DNA of 64,000 nt, taken from NCBI RefSeq assembly GCF_003334765.1, contig NZ_QOWT01000006.1, one strand, 5' to 3'. Position numbers and translations under genes: made by a program. Below the pieces are notes generated by a model that saw nothing but the letters and a program-made list of their open reading frames with translations, had not been told where the DNA came from and made no database searches. This document shows positions 21,643-33,717 of the stretch, piece after piece. This DNA comes from Escherichia coli. Its GTDB lineage: Bacteria > Pseudomonadota > Gammaproteobacteria > Enterobacterales > Enterobacteriaceae. Each line of letters begins with the position of its first letter. Position 1 is the first letter of the stretch.

Positions 21643-24600
21643 ATGATTACTATTGACGGTAATGGCGCGGTTGCTTCGGTCGCATTTCGCACCAGTGAAG
21701 TTATCGCCATCTACCCTATTACCCCCAGTTCCACGATGGCAGAACAGGCTGATGCCTGGGCCGGAAACGGCTTAAAGAACGTTTGGGGAGACACACCACG
21801 CGTGGTTGAAATGCAGTCGGAAGCGGGTGCTATCGCTACCGTGCATGGCGCTTTGCAGACGGGTGCCCTTTCAACATCGTTTACGTCATCGCAGGGTTTG
21901 CTGCTGATGATCCCGACGCTGTACAAACTGGCAGGCGAACTAACACCGTTTGTCCTGCATGTAGCGGCACGTACCGTTGCCACACATGCACTCTCTATTT
22001 TTGGCGATCATTCCGACGTTATGGCGGTGCGCCAGACGGGTTGCGCGATGTTGTGTGCAGCAAACGTCCAGGAAGCGCAAGACTTTGCTCTCATTTCGCA
22101 AATCGCGACGCTGAAAAGCCGCGTGCCATTTATTCATTTCTTTGATGGTTTCCGCACGTCCCACGAAATCAATAAAATTGTCCCGCTGGCCGATGACACG
22201 ATTCTTGATCTCATGCCGCAGGTCGAAATTGATGCTCATCGCGCCCGGGCACTCAACCCGGAACATCCGGTGATCCGCGGTACGTCCGCCAATCCTGACA
22301 CTTATTTCCAGTCTCGCGAAGCCACCAACCCATGGTACAACGCGGTCTATGACCATGTTGAACAGGCGATGAATGATTTCTCTGCCGCGACAGGTCGTCA
22401 GTATCAGCCGTTTGAATATTACGGGCATCCGCAAGCGGAACGGGTGATTATCCTGATGGGCTCTGCCATTGGCACCTGTGAAGAAGTGGTTGATGAATTG
22501 CTAACCCGTGGCGAAAAAGTTGGCGTGCTGAAAGTTCGCCTGTACCGCCCCTTCTCCGCTAAACATTTACTGCAAGCTCTGCCGGGATCCGTACGCAGCG
22601 TGGCGGTACTGGACAGAACCAAAGAACCCGGTGCCCAGGCAGAACCGCTCTATCTGGATGTAATGACCGCACTGGCAGAAGCCTTTAATAATGGCGAGCG
22701 CGAAACTCTGCCCCGTGTCATTGGTGGGCGCTATGGTCTTTCATCCAAAGAATTTGGCCCAGACTGTGTACTGGCGGTATTTGCCGAGCTCAACGCGGCT
22801 AAACCGAAAGCGCGCTTTACGGTTGGTATTTACGATGATGTGACCAATCTGTCACTGCCGTTGCCGGAAAACACCCTGCCAAACTCGGCGAAACTGGAAG
22901 CCTTGTTTTATGGCCTTGGTAGTGATGGCAGCGTTTCCGCGACCAAAAACAATATCAAGATTATCGGTAATTCCACGCCGTGGTACGCACAGGGCTATTT
23001 TGTTTACGACTCCAAAAAGGCGGGCGGCCTGACGGTTTCTCACCTTCGAGTGAGCGAACAGCCGATTCGTTCCGCTTATCTCATTTCCCAGGCTGATTTT
23101 GTTGGCTGCCACCAGTTGCAGTTTATCGATAAATATCAGATGGCTGAGCGTTTAAAACCTGGCGGCATTTTCCTGCTCAACACGCCGTACAGCGCAGATG
23201 AAGTGTGGTCGCGCTTGCCGCAAGAAGTTCAGGCCGTGTTAAACCAGAAAAAAGCGCGCTTCTATGTGATTAACGCGGCGAAAATCGCCCGCGAATGTGG
23301 CCTGGCGGCCCGTATTAATACCGTCATGCAGATGGCTTTTTTCCATCTGACGCAAATTCTGCCTGGCGATAGCGCCCTCGCAGAATTGCAGGGTGCGATT
23401 GCCAAAAGTTACAGTAGCAAAGGCCAGGATCTGGTGGAACGCAACTGGCAGGCTCTGGCGCTGGCGCGTGAATCCGTAGAAGAAGTTCCGTTGCAACCGG
23501 TAAATCCGCACAGCGCCAATCGACCGCCAGTGGTTTCCGATGCCGCCCCTGATTTCGTGAAAACCGTAACCGCTGCGATGCTCGCCGGGCTTGGTGACGC
23601 CCTCCCCGTTTCGGCGCTGCCGCCAGACGGCACCTGGCCGATGGGCACTACGCGCTGGGAAAAACGCAATATCGCCGAAGAGATCCCCATCTTGAAAGAG
23701 GAACTCTGTACCCAATGTAACCACTGCGTTGCCGCTTGCCCACACTCAGCTATTCGCGCAAAAGTGGTGCCGCCTGAAGCGATGGAAAACGCCCCTGCCA
23801 GCCTGCATTCGCTGGATGTGAAATCGCGTGATATGCGCGGGCAGAAATATGTCTTGCAGGTGGCACCGGAAGATTGCACCGGTTGTAACCTGTGCGTCGA
23901 AGTTTGCCCGGCGAAAGACCGTCAGAATCCAGAGATTAAAGCCATCAATATGATGTCTCGCCTGGAACATGTCGAAGAAGAGAAAATCAATTACGATTTC
24001 TTCCTCAACCTGCCAGAAATCGACCGTAGCAAACTGGAACGTATTGATATTCGTACATCGCAGCTGATTACACCGCTGTTTGAATATTCAGGTGCTTGCT
24101 CCGGTTGTGGCGAGACGCCGTATATTAAATTACTGACTCAGCTCTATGGCGACCGGATGTTGATCGCTAACGCCACTGGCTGTTCTTCAATTTATGGCGG
24201 TAACCTGCCCTCTACACCGTATACCACCGATGCCAACGGTCGTGGGCCGGCATGGGCGAACTCTCTATTTGAAGATAATGCCGAATTTGGCCTTGGTTTC
24301 CGCCTGACGGTCGATCAACACCGTGTCCGCGTGCTGCGTCTGCTGGATCAATTTGCCGATAAAATCCCGGCGGAATTACTGACGGCGTTGAAATCAGACG
24401 CCACGCCAGAGGTTCGTCGTGAACAGGTTGCAGCTTTACGCCAGCAACTCAACGATGTTGCCGAAGCACATGAACTGCTACGTGATGCAGATGCACTGGT
24501 GGAAAAATCAATCTGGCTGATTGGTGGTGATGGCTGGGCTTACGATATCGGCTTTGGCGGTCTGGATCATGTATTGAGTTTGACGGAAAACGTCAACATT

Positions 24601-25167
24601 CTGGTGCTGGATACGCAATGCTATTCCAACACCGGTGGTCAGGCGTCGAAAGCGACACCGCTGGGTGCAGTAACTAAATTTGGCGAGCACGGCAAACGTA
24701 AAGCGCGTAAAGATCTTGGCGTCAGTATGATGATGTACGGTCATGTTTATGTGGCGCAGATTTCTCTCGGCGCGCAGCTGAACCAGACGGTGAAAGCGAT
24801 TCAGGAAGCGGAAGCGTATCCGGGGCCATCGCTGATCATTGCTTATAGCCCGTGTGAAGAGCATGGTTACGATCTGGCACTCAGCCACGACCAGATGCGC
24901 CAACTCACAGCTACCGGCTTCTGGCCGCTATATCGCTTTGATCCGCGTCGTGCCGATGAAGGCAAACTGCCGCTGGCCTTGGATTCACGCCCGCCGTCAG
25001 AAGCACTGGAAGAAACGTTACTTCACGAGCAACGTTTCCGTCGGCTGAATTCGCAGCAGCCAGAAGTGGCAGAACAGTTATGGAAAGATGCTGCAGCTGA
25101 TTTGCAAAAACGCTATGACTTCCTGGCACAAATGGCCGGAAAAGCGGAAAAAAGCAACACCGATTAA
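21643..25167 (+). CDS. ydbK: pyruvate:flavodoxin/ferredoxin oxidoreductase
   Basis: 1174-aa ORF; two CxxCxxCxxxCP 4Fe-4S ferredoxin motifs and a TPP-binding region. Confidence 0.93.
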   Translation: MITIDGNGAVASVAFRTSEVIAIYPITPSSTMAEQADAWAGNGLKNVWGDTPRVVEMQSEAGAIATVHGALQTGALSTSFTSSQGLLLMIPTLYKLAGELTPFVLHVAARTVATHALSIFGDHSDVMAVRQTGCAMLCAANVQEAQDFALISQIATLKSRVPFIHFFDGFRTSHEINKIVPLADDTILDLMPQVEIDAHRARALNPEHPVIRGTSANPDTYFQSREATNPWYNAVYDHVEQAMNDFSAATGRQYQPFEYYGHPQAERVIILMGSAIGTCEEVVDELLTRGEKVGVLKVRLYRPFSAKHLLQALPGSVRSVAVLDRTKEPGAQAEPLYLDVMTALAEAFNNGERETLPRVIGGRYGLSSKEFGPDCVLAVFAELNAAKPKARFTVGIYDDVTNLSLPLPENTLPNSAKLEALFYGLGSDGSVSATKNNIKIIGNSTPWYAQGYFVYDSKKAGGLTVSHLRVSEQPIRSAYLISQADFVGCHQLQFIDKYQMAERLKPGGIFLLNTPYSADEVWSRLPQEVQAVLNQKKARFYVINAAKIARECGLAARINTVMQMAFFHLTQILPGDSALAELQGAIAKSYSSKGQDLVERNWQALALARESVEEVPLQPVNPHSANRPPVVSDAAPDFVKTVTAAMLAGLGDALPVSALPPDGTWPMGTTRWEKRNIAEEIPILKEELCTQCNHCVAACPHSAIRAKVVPPEAMENAPASLHSLDVKSRDMRGQKYVLQVAPEDCTGCNLCVEVCPAKDRQNPEIKAINMMSRLEHVEEEKINYDFFLNLPEIDRSKLERIDIRTSQLITPLFEYSGACSGCGETPYIKLLTQLYGDRMLIANATGCSSIYGGNLPSTPYTTDANGRGPAWANSLFEDNAEFGLGFRLTVDQHRVRVLRLLDQFADKIPAELLTALKSDATPEVRREQVAALRQQLNDVAEAHELLRDADALVEKSIWLIGGDGWAYDIGFGGLDHVLSLTENVNILVLDTQCYSNTGGQASKATPLGAVTKFGEHGKRKARKDLGVSMMMYGHVYVAQISLGAQLNQTVKAIQEAEAYPGPSLIIAYSPCEEHGYDLALSHDQMRQLTATGFWPLYRFDPRRADEGKLPLALDSRPPSEALEETLLHEQRFRRLNSQQPEVAEQLWKDAAADLQKRYDFLAQMAGKAEKSNTD

Positions 25168-25195
25168 ATGCTCTGGATAAGGATTATCCAATTCT

Positions 25196-25306
25196 AAAAA
25201 AAAAGCCCGGACGACTGTTCGGGCTTGTCTTTTTATATGTTGGAAAATCAGTGGCAATGCAATGGCCCAACAGAAAATAAAATCTGTGACAATAAAGGCA
25301 TATAAC
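25196..25306 (-). ncRNA. micC: MicC small RNA (Hfq-dependent repressor of ompC)
   Basis: Reverse complement matches the recalled MicC sequence (GTTATATGCCTTTATTGTCACAG...), ending in a GCCCGGACG hairpin plus U-run; divergent from ompN. Confidence 0.8.
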
Positions 25307-25533
25307 CCGCGCAGAATAACGTATAGCAAATTAAAAGTATAATTTTTATTTTGTATGTATTATCTTCGATACATTCACCAGACTTATTATCATTTCAGAG
25401 GAATTATTTGATTAAGGTTTTACTTAAGGCGTAACAAATGATATTTATCGGCTAACTGAACTTCTCCTTTAGGATGTTTTCACTCCCCGAAATGGGGATA
25501 AAAGGCAAATAAAATAACTAAAGGATTTATTCA

Positions 25534-26667
25534 ATGAAAAGCAAAGTACTGGCACTTTTAATTCCTGCCCTGCTCGCCGCAGGTGCTGCACATGCAGCCG
25601 AAGTTTATAATAAAGACGGCAACAAATTAGATCTGTATGGCAAAGTTGATGGCCTGCATTATTTTTCTGATAATTCAGCGAAAGATGGCGACCAGAGCTA
25701 TGCGCGTCTGGGTTTTAAAGGCGAAACCCAAATTAACGATCAACTCACTGGCTACGGTCAATGGGAATACAATATTCAGGCAAACAACACTGAATCTTCA
25801 AAAAACCAGTCATGGACCCGTCTGGCATTTGCCGGGCTGAAATTTGCAGATTACGGTTCTTTCGATTACGGACGTAATTATGGCGTAATGTACGACATCG
25901 AAGGCTGGACCGATATGCTGCCTGAATTTGGCGGTGACTCTTATACCAATGCAGACAACTTTATGACTGGTCGAGCCAATGGCGTCGCGACTTATCGTAA
26001 TACTGATTTCTTCGGTCTGGTAAATGGTCTGAACTTCGCGGTGCAGTATCAAGGTAACAACGAAGGAGCCAGTAATGGTCAGGAAGGCACCAACAACGGA
26101 CGTGATGTTCGCCATGAAAACGGTGACGGCTGGGGTCTTTCCACAACATATGATTTAGGCATGGGCTTTAGCGCTGGTGCGGCATACACCTCTTCTGACC
26201 GCACCAATGACCAGGTTAACCATACTGCGGCGGGTGGTGATAAAGCAGACGCGTGGACTGCTGGGCTAAAATACGATGCTAACAATATTTACCTGGCAAC
26301 CATGTATTCAGAAACGCGTAATATGACCCCGTTTGGCGACAGCGATTATGCTGTGGCAAACAAAACCCAGAATTTTGAAGTCACTGCACAGTACCAGTTT
26401 GATTTTGGTCTGCGTCCGGCAGTCTCTTTCCTGATGTCTAAAGGCCGTGACCTGCACGCTGCGGGTGGTGCAGACAACCCGGCAGGTGTTGATGATAAAG
26501 ATCTGGTTAAATACGCCGATATTGGCGCGACTTACTATTTCAATAAAAACATGTCCACCTACGTTGACTATAAAATCAACCTGTTGGATGAAGATGACAG
26601 CTTCTACGCTGCCAATGGCATCTCTACCGATGATATTGTCGCTTTAGGTCTGGTTTATCAGTTCTAA
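25534..26667 (+). CDS. ompN: outer membrane porin N
   Basis: 377-aa ORF; signal peptide and C-terminal ...YQF porin signature. Confidence 0.92.
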   Translation: MKSKVLALLIPALLAAGAAHAAEVYNKDGNKLDLYGKVDGLHYFSDNSAKDGDQSYARLGFKGETQINDQLTGYGQWEYNIQANNTESSKNQSWTRLAFAGLKFADYGSFDYGRNYGVMYDIEGWTDMLPEFGGDSYTNADNFMTGRANGVATYRNTDFFGLVNGLNFAVQYQGNNEGASNGQEGTNNGRDVRHENGDGWGLSTTYDLGMGFSAGAAYTSSDRTNDQVNHTAAGGDKADAWTAGLKYDANNIYLATMYSETRNMTPFGDSDYAVANKTQNFEVTAQYQFDFGLRPAVSFLMSKGRDLHAAGGADNPAGVDDKDLVKYADIGATYYFNKNMSTYVDYKINLLDEDDSFYAANGISTDDIVALGLVYQF

Positions 26668-26675
26668 ATCCTCCT

Positions 26676-26700
26676 GCCCGCTGTTATGGCGGGCTTTTTC
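26676..26700 (+). terminator. rho-independent terminator of ompN
   Basis: GCCCGC / GCGGGC stem followed by TTTTT. Confidence 0.7.
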
Positions 26701-26726
26701 TGCTTATTCTTCCTCCTTTGATCTAA

Positions 26727-27242
<516 letters not shown>

Positions 27243-27248
27243 CACTAA

Positions 27249-27275
27249 CGCCCGCACATTGCTGCGGGCTTTTTG
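27249..27275 (+). terminator. rho-independent terminator of uspF
   Basis: CCCGCA / TGCGGG hairpin followed by TTTTT. Confidence 0.65.
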
Positions 27276-27418
27276 ATTCATTTCGCAAATGTGCTGACAT
27301 TTTCCCCTCTAATCCGTACCATACACGCCACAGTTTTTTATATCAGATTTCTTATGCTGGGCGTTCCGGCATGACGCATACTCTTCTGATGCCATATAAC
27401 GAATTGAGTCGCTTTTAA

Positions 27419-28354
27419 ATGTCGCAAAATCAAGAAATTAGTAAGAAAGAACAATACAACCTGAACAAATTACAAAAACGTCTGCGTCGTAACGTGGGCG
27501 AAGCCATTGCTGACTTCAATATGATTGAAGAAGGCGATCGCATCATGGTTTGCCTCTCCGGGGGTAAAGACAGCTATACCATGCTGGAGATTCTGCGCAA
27601 TTTGCAGCAAAGCGCGCCAATCAATTTTTCGCTGGTGGCTGTTAACCTCGATCAAAAGCAACCGGGCTTCCCGGAACACGTTCTGCCCGAGTATCTTGAA
27701 AAGCTGGGCGTTGAGTACAAGATTGTTGAAGAGAATACTTACGGTATCGTGAAAGAGAAGATTCCAGAGGGCAAAACCACTTGCTCACTGTGTTCTCGCC
27801 TTCGTCGCGGTATCCTTTATCGTACCGCAACGGAACTGGGGGCGACGAAGATCGCGTTGGGTCACCATCGTGACGATATCCTGCAAACGTTGTTCTTAAA
27901 TATGTTCTACGGCGGTAAGATGAAAGGTATGCCTCCGAAACTGATGAGCGATGATGGCAAACATATCGTTATTCGTCCGCTGGCCTACTGCCGCGAGAAA
28001 GATATTCAGCGATTTGCCGATGCAAAAGCGTTCCCGATTATTCCGTGCAACCTGTGCGGTTCACAGCCTAACCTGCAACGTCAGGTGATTGCTGACATGT
28101 TGCGTGACTGGGATAAACGTTATCCAGGGCGTATCGAGACGATGTTCAGCGCGATGCAGAATGTGGTGCCGTCGCATCTGTGCGATACCAACCTGTTCGA
28201 TTTCAAAGGCATCACCCACGGTTCTGAAGTGGTTAACGGGGGTGATCTGGCGTTTGATCGCGAAGAGATCCCACTACAACCGGCGTGCTGGCAGCCAGAA
28301 GAAGATGAAAATCAGTTGGATGAGTTACGGCTGAATGTGGTTGAAGTGAAATAA
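27419..28354 (+). CDS. ttcA: tRNA 2-thiocytidine(32) synthetase
   Basis: 311-aa ORF with SGGKDS PP-loop motif and CxxC pairs; uninterrupted native 3' end. Confidence 0.92.
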   Translation: MSQNQEISKKEQYNLNKLQKRLRRNVGEAIADFNMIEEGDRIMVCLSGGKDSYTMLEILRNLQQSAPINFSLVAVNLDQKQPGFPEHVLPEYLEKLGVEYKIVEENTYGIVKEKIPEGKTTCSLCSRLRRGILYRTATELGATKIALGHHRDDILQTLFLNMFYGGKMKGMPPKLMSDDGKHIVIRPLAYCREKDIQRFADAKAFPIIPCNLCGSQPNLQRQVIADMLRDWDKRYPGRIETMFSAMQNVVPSHLCDTNLFDFKGITHGSEVVNGGDLAFDREEIPLQPACWQPEEDENQLDELRLNVVEVK

Positions 28355-28357
28355 CCA

Positions 28358-28448
28358 GGATAGCGCCCGATGCGCAAGCGTATCGGGCTACTCTTATGGA
28401 GGCCGGATAAGACGCGGCCAGCGTCGCATCCGGCAATCCCGAATAAGA
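28358..28448. repeat. REP/BIME repetitive extragenic palindromes
   Basis: GCCGGATAAGACGCGGCCAGCGTCGCATCCGGCA-type units read between ttcA and dbpA. Confidence 0.8.
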
Positions 28449-28482
28449 TGTTTACTCTTGCACCCGGCAATTCAACATTTCA

Positions 28483-29856
28483 TTATTTTAATAACCGCAC
28501 CCGGCACGTTTTTCCTTTAATCTTCCCGCCCTGTAACTGTTTCCATGCTTTATGAGCAACAGCCTGACGGACCGCGACATAGACATGCGCCGGATGCACG
28601 GCGATTTTGCCAATATCTGCGCCATCAAGCCCGATATCTCCTGTCAGTGCACCTAATACATCACCCGGGCGCATTTTGGCTTTTTTCCCGCCATCGATAC
28701 ACAACGTTGCCATTTCTGCTTCCAGCGTCGCAATGGAACTATTAGCTGGCGGCGTTTGCCAGTTAAGTTTTATCTGCAACATGTCAGAAATGATATTGGC
28801 CCGCTGTGCTTCTTCCGGAGCACAGAAACTGATCGCCAGACCGCTATTTCCTGCACGAGCTGTACGACCGATGCGATGTACATGAACTTCAGGGTCCCAC
28901 GCCAGCTCAAAGTTCACCACCAGCTCAAGCGATTTAATATCCAGACCACGCGCAGCAACATCAGTCGCGACCAGTACACGGGCGCTACCGTTAGCAAAAC
29001 GTACCAGGGTCTGATCGCGATCGCGTTGCTCCAAATCGCCGTGTAATGACAATGCACTTTGCCCTACTTCATTCAGCGCGTCGCAGACAGCCTGGCAATC
29101 TTTTTTGGTATTGCAAAACACCACGCAAGAGGATGGCTGATGCAAGCTTAATAACCGTTGCAACAGAGGAATTTTGCCTTTGCTGGATGTCTCATAAAAT
29201 TGTTGTTCAATGGGTGGCAAAGCATCTGTTGAGTCAATTTCAATCGCCAAAGGATCGCGTTGCACTCGTCCGCTGATTGCAGCGATGGCTTCCGGCCAGG
29301 TTGCCGAAAACAGAAGCGTCTGTCGAGATGCAGGCGCAAAACGGATGACATCATCAATGGCATCGCTAAATCCCATATCCAGCATGCGGTCGGCCTCATC
29401 CATCACCAGCGTATTCAACGCATCCAGTGATACCGTGCCTTTTTGCAGGTGATCCAGCAAACGCCCCGGCGTTGCCACGATAATATGCGGCGCATGTTGC
29501 AACGAATCACGCTGCATACCGAACGGTTGACCACCGCACAACGTCAAAATTTTGGTATTTGGCAGAAAACGCGCCAGCCGACGCAATTCACCTGCCACCT
29601 GATCCGCCAGTTCACGCGTAGGACACAGCACTAAAGCCTGGGTTTGAAATAGCGACGCATCAATTTGCTGTAACAAGCCGAGGCCAAAAGCCGCCGTTTT
29701 GCCGCTGCCGGTTTTCGCCTGCACGCGAACATCTTTTCCGGCAAGGATCGCCGGAAGCGCGGCGGCCTGCACCGGCGTCATGGTTAAATAACCCAACTCA
29801 TTAAGGTTCGTGAGTTGGGCGGGAGGCAAAACATTCAGGGTAGAAAAAGCGGTCAC
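28483..29856 (-). CDS. dbpA: ATP-dependent DEAD-box RNA helicase (23S rRNA hairpin 92 specific)
   Basis: 457-aa ORF with Walker A (AKTGSGKT), DEAD and SAT motifs. Confidence 0.93.
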   Translation of the reverse strand: MTAFSTLNVLPPAQLTNLNELGYLTMTPVQAAALPAILAGKDVRVQAKTGSGKTAAFGLGLLQQIDASLFQTQALVLCPTRELADQVAGELRRLARFLPNTKILTLCGGQPFGMQRDSLQHAPHIIVATPGRLLDHLQKGTVSLDALNTLVMDEADRMLDMGFSDAIDDVIRFAPASRQTLLFSATWPEAIAAISGRVQRDPLAIEIDSTDALPPIEQQFYETSSKGKIPLLQRLLSLHQPSSCVVFCNTKKDCQAVCDALNEVGQSALSLHGDLEQRDRDQTLVRFANGSARVLVATDVAARGLDIKSLELVVNFELAWDPEVHVHRIGRTARAGNSGLAISFCAPEEAQRANIISDMLQIKLNWQTPPANSSIATLEAEMATLCIDGGKKAKMRPGDVLGALTGDIGLDGADIGKIAVHPAHVYVAVRQAVAHKAWKQLQGGKIKGKTCRVRLLK

Positions 29857-29885
29857 AATCTATTCTCGTGGTCATCGACGCAAAG

Positions 29886-30059
29886 TTAGCAGGCGCGTAT
29901 CCTCGCAGATCTACGCTCACGATGCGACAATTTAATCGGTTCTTCATCGGGTGGTGGGTCAGGCATGGGTTGCGGGCGAGGGATCGGATCGGGCACTGGA
30001 ACAGGATCGCCAGGAATCGGTTCAGGGACAGGAATTTGCAAATAAATAAGTGTCGTCAT
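29886..30059 (-). CDS. 57-codon proline-rich small ORF (MTTLIYLQIPVPEPIPGDPVPVPDPIPRPQPMPDPPPDEEPIKLSHRERRSARIRAC)
   Basis: ATG preceded by GAGGG Shine-Dalgarno at about 5 nt; too short for the ORF track; lies between fnrS and the dbpA start. Confidence 0.45.
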   Translation of the reverse strand: MTTLIYLQIPVPEPIPGDPVPVPDPIPRPQPMPDPPPDEEPIKLSHRERRSARIRAC

Positions 30060-30116
30060 ATTTCCCTCTGGTCATTGGGTGGACTCTTAAAGGGTAGACG
30101 CTGATAAATAACAGGC

Positions 30117-30238
30117 AAAAAAAAGCCGACTCATCAAAGTCGGCGTCGTACGAATCAATTGTGCTATGCAGTAATTCAAAAAAGGAAGTAAGACAATATG
30201 GAGCGCAACGCCCATCGCTTGACGTTGCATTCACCTGC
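30117..30238 (-). ncRNA. fnrS: FnrS small RNA (FNR-activated, Hfq-dependent)
   Basis: Reverse complement matches the recalled FnrS sequence (GCAGGTGAATGCAACGTCAAGCGATGGGCG...), ending in a GCCGACT hairpin plus U-run; about 122 nt. Confidence 0.75.
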
Positions 30239-30273
30239 AAGAGAGATATTGCCCTGAATGGGTAGAGAGTTTA

Positions 30274-30287
30274 TTGACTTCGCTCAA
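30274..30287. promoter_or_regulatory. FNR box (TTGAC-N4-CTCAA) centred about 42 bp upstream of the fnrS 5' end
   Basis: Near-consensus FNR half-sites at class II activation spacing. Confidence 0.55.
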
Positions 30288-30333
30288 ACTTTGCGGCGTT
30301 TTTGTATACAGACAGCCGGAAAAATTGCTTTTG

Positions 30334-31338
<1,005 letters not shown>

Positions 31339-31571
31339 TTATTTTGTAGTCTAGCCTTCTGGCCCTGTTACGCAACATCTCATCACCCCATTACCCTGAA
31401 ATGATTAATAAAATTCTGTCTAAATTGAATACAAAAAGCAAAATGCTTTTCCGTATACAAACCGTGTGAAGTGTTAAATAGCGTCTATCATTATCAGAAT
31501 TATCTGATCATATGACGTGGCTTTTTTGCGATCGGATAGCAACAAAAATTGATAAAAATAACGGGATCTCA

Positions 31572-32804
31572 ATGATTACGCACAACTTCAATACCCTGGA
31601 CTTACTCACCAGTCCTGTCTGGATCGTTTCGCCCTTTGAGGAACAGTTAATTTATGCCAATAGCGCGGCGAAACTGTTGATGCAAGACCTCACGTTTAGT
31701 CAGCTACGAACCGGACCCTATTCCGTCTCCTCACAAAAAGAACTGCCGAAATACCTCTCCGATCTGCAAAACCAACACGATATTATCGAAATCCTCACTG
31801 TTCAGCGTAAAGAAGAGGAAACAGCATTGAGCTGTCGGCTTGTTTTGCGAAAGCTGACAGAAACAGAACCGGTGATTATTTTCGAAGGTATCGAAGCGCC
31901 GGCAACGCTGGGTTTAAAAGCCAGTCGCTCGGCAAATTATCAGCGCAAAAAACAAGGTTTTTATGCGCGCTTTTTTCTGACTAACTCTGCACCAATGTTG
32001 TTGATTGACCCGTCACGAGATGGACAAATCGTCGATGCTAACCTCGCCGCGCTCAATTTCTATGGTTATAACCATGAAACGATGTGCCAGAAACATACCT
32101 GGGAAATAAATATGCTCGGGCGTCGCGTCATGCCTATCATGCATGAAATCTCGCATTTACCCGGTGGTCATAAACCTTTGAATTTTGTTCATAAACTGGC
32201 GGATGGTTCGACTCGTCATGTGCAGACCTATGCCGGACCGATTGAAATTTATGGCGACAAGCTCATGTTATGTATTGTGCATGATATTACTGAGCAAAAA
32301 CGGCTGGAGGAGCAGCTGGAACATGCTGCTCACCATGACGCGATGACCGGATTACTGAATCGGCGACAGTTTTATCACATTACGGAACCAGGCCAAATGC
32401 AGCATCTCGCCATCGCTCAGGATTACAGCTTGTTGCTCATCGACACCGATCGTTTTAAACACATTAACGATCTCTATGGGCATTCTAAAGGTGATGAGGT
32501 GTTATGCGCCCTCGCCCGCACCCTCGAAAGTTGCGCTCGCAAAGGCGATTTGGTGTTTCGTTGGGGAGGCGAAGAGTTTGTCTTATTGCTACCAAGAACC
32601 CCACTGGATACCGCGCTTTCGCTGGCTGAAACTATCCGCGTAAGCGTGGCAAAAGTGAGTATTTCGGGCTTACCACGCTTTACCGTCAGCATTGGTGTGG
32701 CGCATCACGAAGGAAATGAAAGCATCGATGAACTGTTTAAACGCGTTGATGATGCTTTGTATCGGGCGAAAAATGATGGACGCAACCGCGTGCTGGCGGC
32801 ATAA
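31572..32804 (+). CDS. dgcM: PAS-domain diguanylate cyclase
   Basis: Track ORF trimmed to ATG at 31572 (MITHNFNTLDLL...), 410 aa; GGEEF motif present. Confidence 0.9.
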   Translation: MITHNFNTLDLLTSPVWIVSPFEEQLIYANSAAKLLMQDLTFSQLRTGPYSVSSQKELPKYLSDLQNQHDIIEILTVQRKEEETALSCRLVLRKLTETEPVIIFEGIEAPATLGLKASRSANYQRKKQGFYARFFLTNSAPMLLIDPSRDGQIVDANLAALNFYGYNHETMCQKHTWEINMLGRRVMPIMHEISHLPGGHKPLNFVHKLADGSTRHVQTYAGPIEIYGDKLMLCIVHDITEQKRLEEQLEHAAHHDAMTGLLNRRQFYHITEPGQMQHLAIAQDYSLLLIDTDRFKHINDLYGHSKGDEVLCALARTLESCARKGDLVFRWGGEEFVLLLPRTPLDTALSLAETIRVSVAKVSISGLPRFTVSIGVAHHEGNESIDELFKRVDDALYRAKNDGRNRVLAA

Positions 32805-32824
32805 GCCGCGGATGCGTCTCGAGA

Positions 32825-33388
32825 TCAACGACTGCGCTTAGCGTGGCGCTCCCAGTTTTCTTGCTTCGCCTGCGCCGTTTTACGTAGTGCGACGTAACAC
32901 GCCCCGCTGCCGCCATGATGCGGTAGCGCGGTGCAATATGCCTGAACATCATCAAATTCGGTCAGCCAGCGCGCCACATAGCTGCGGACAATATTGGCAT
33001 GCGATTTATCATCCCGCCCTTTACCATGAATAATCAGCACGTTACGCAAACCATCCGCCAGGGCTTGTTGAATAAAACTGAACACCATTTTGCGGCACTC
33101 TTCCACCGGCTGGCGCAAAAGATTCAGGCTCGCCTGTTGCGGATATTTACCACTGCGCAGCTTATCCAGCACCCCATGTTGCAACCCTTCCCGCCGAAAC
33201 TCCAGCGGCTGACTTAGTGGGATGATGTCGAGAAATCCGGTGGTGAGGAAATTATCAAGCTGCAGCGTGTCGATACGCTGCGGCGCACGTTGGTTACGCG
33301 TTGGATGCCAGTGGACATCGGTAGCACGTTTCAGCGGCTGGACATCTTCCATGGCGTCAAGAAACAGCGATTTGTCGTCAAGGTTCAT
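32825..33388 (-). CDS. smrA: Smr-domain putative endonuclease
   Basis: 187-aa ORF; Smr-domain-like C-terminal region; synteny. Confidence 0.85.
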   Translation of the reverse strand: MNLDDKSLFLDAMEDVQPLKRATDVHWHPTRNQRAPQRIDTLQLDNFLTTGFLDIIPLSQPLEFRREGLQHGVLDKLRSGKYPQQASLNLLRQPVEECRKMVFSFIQQALADGLRNVLIIHGKGRDDKSHANIVRSYVARWLTEFDDVQAYCTALPHHGGSGACYVALRKTAQAKQENWERHAKRSR

Positions 33389-33615
33389 GTTACATCCTCC
33401 CGCAATTAAGAGCGCGATATGATAACCAGACCGGGTCGGTCCAACAACGTATTACCCAAATTTCCAGTAATAAGTTCCAAATATTGCCGATATTTTAAGC
33501 AAAATACTTATGCATGATTATTCATTCACGATATTAATAATGTAACTTATATTTTCGTGAAATCTGTCACTGAAGAAAATTGGCAACTAAAGGTTAAAAC
33601 CGTTATAACACAGTC

Positions 33616-33709
33616 ACCGGCGCAGAGGAGACAATGCCGGATTTAAGACGCGGATGCACTGCTGTGTGTACTGTAGAGTCTGGCGGATGTCGACAGACTC
33701 TATTTTTTT
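33616..33709 (+). ncRNA. mcaS: McaS (IsrA) small RNA
   Basis: Matches the recalled McaS sequence ACCGGCGCAGAGGAGACAATGCCGGATTTAAGACGCGGATGCACTG... with GGA motifs and a terminal hairpin plus U7. Confidence 0.8.
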
Positions 33710-33717
33710 ATGCAGTT

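Noticed and set aside
30022-30240. 72-aa minus-strand ORF
   Set aside because: Coincides with the FnrS sRNA (terminator hairpin, FNR box at class II spacing); read as non-coding.
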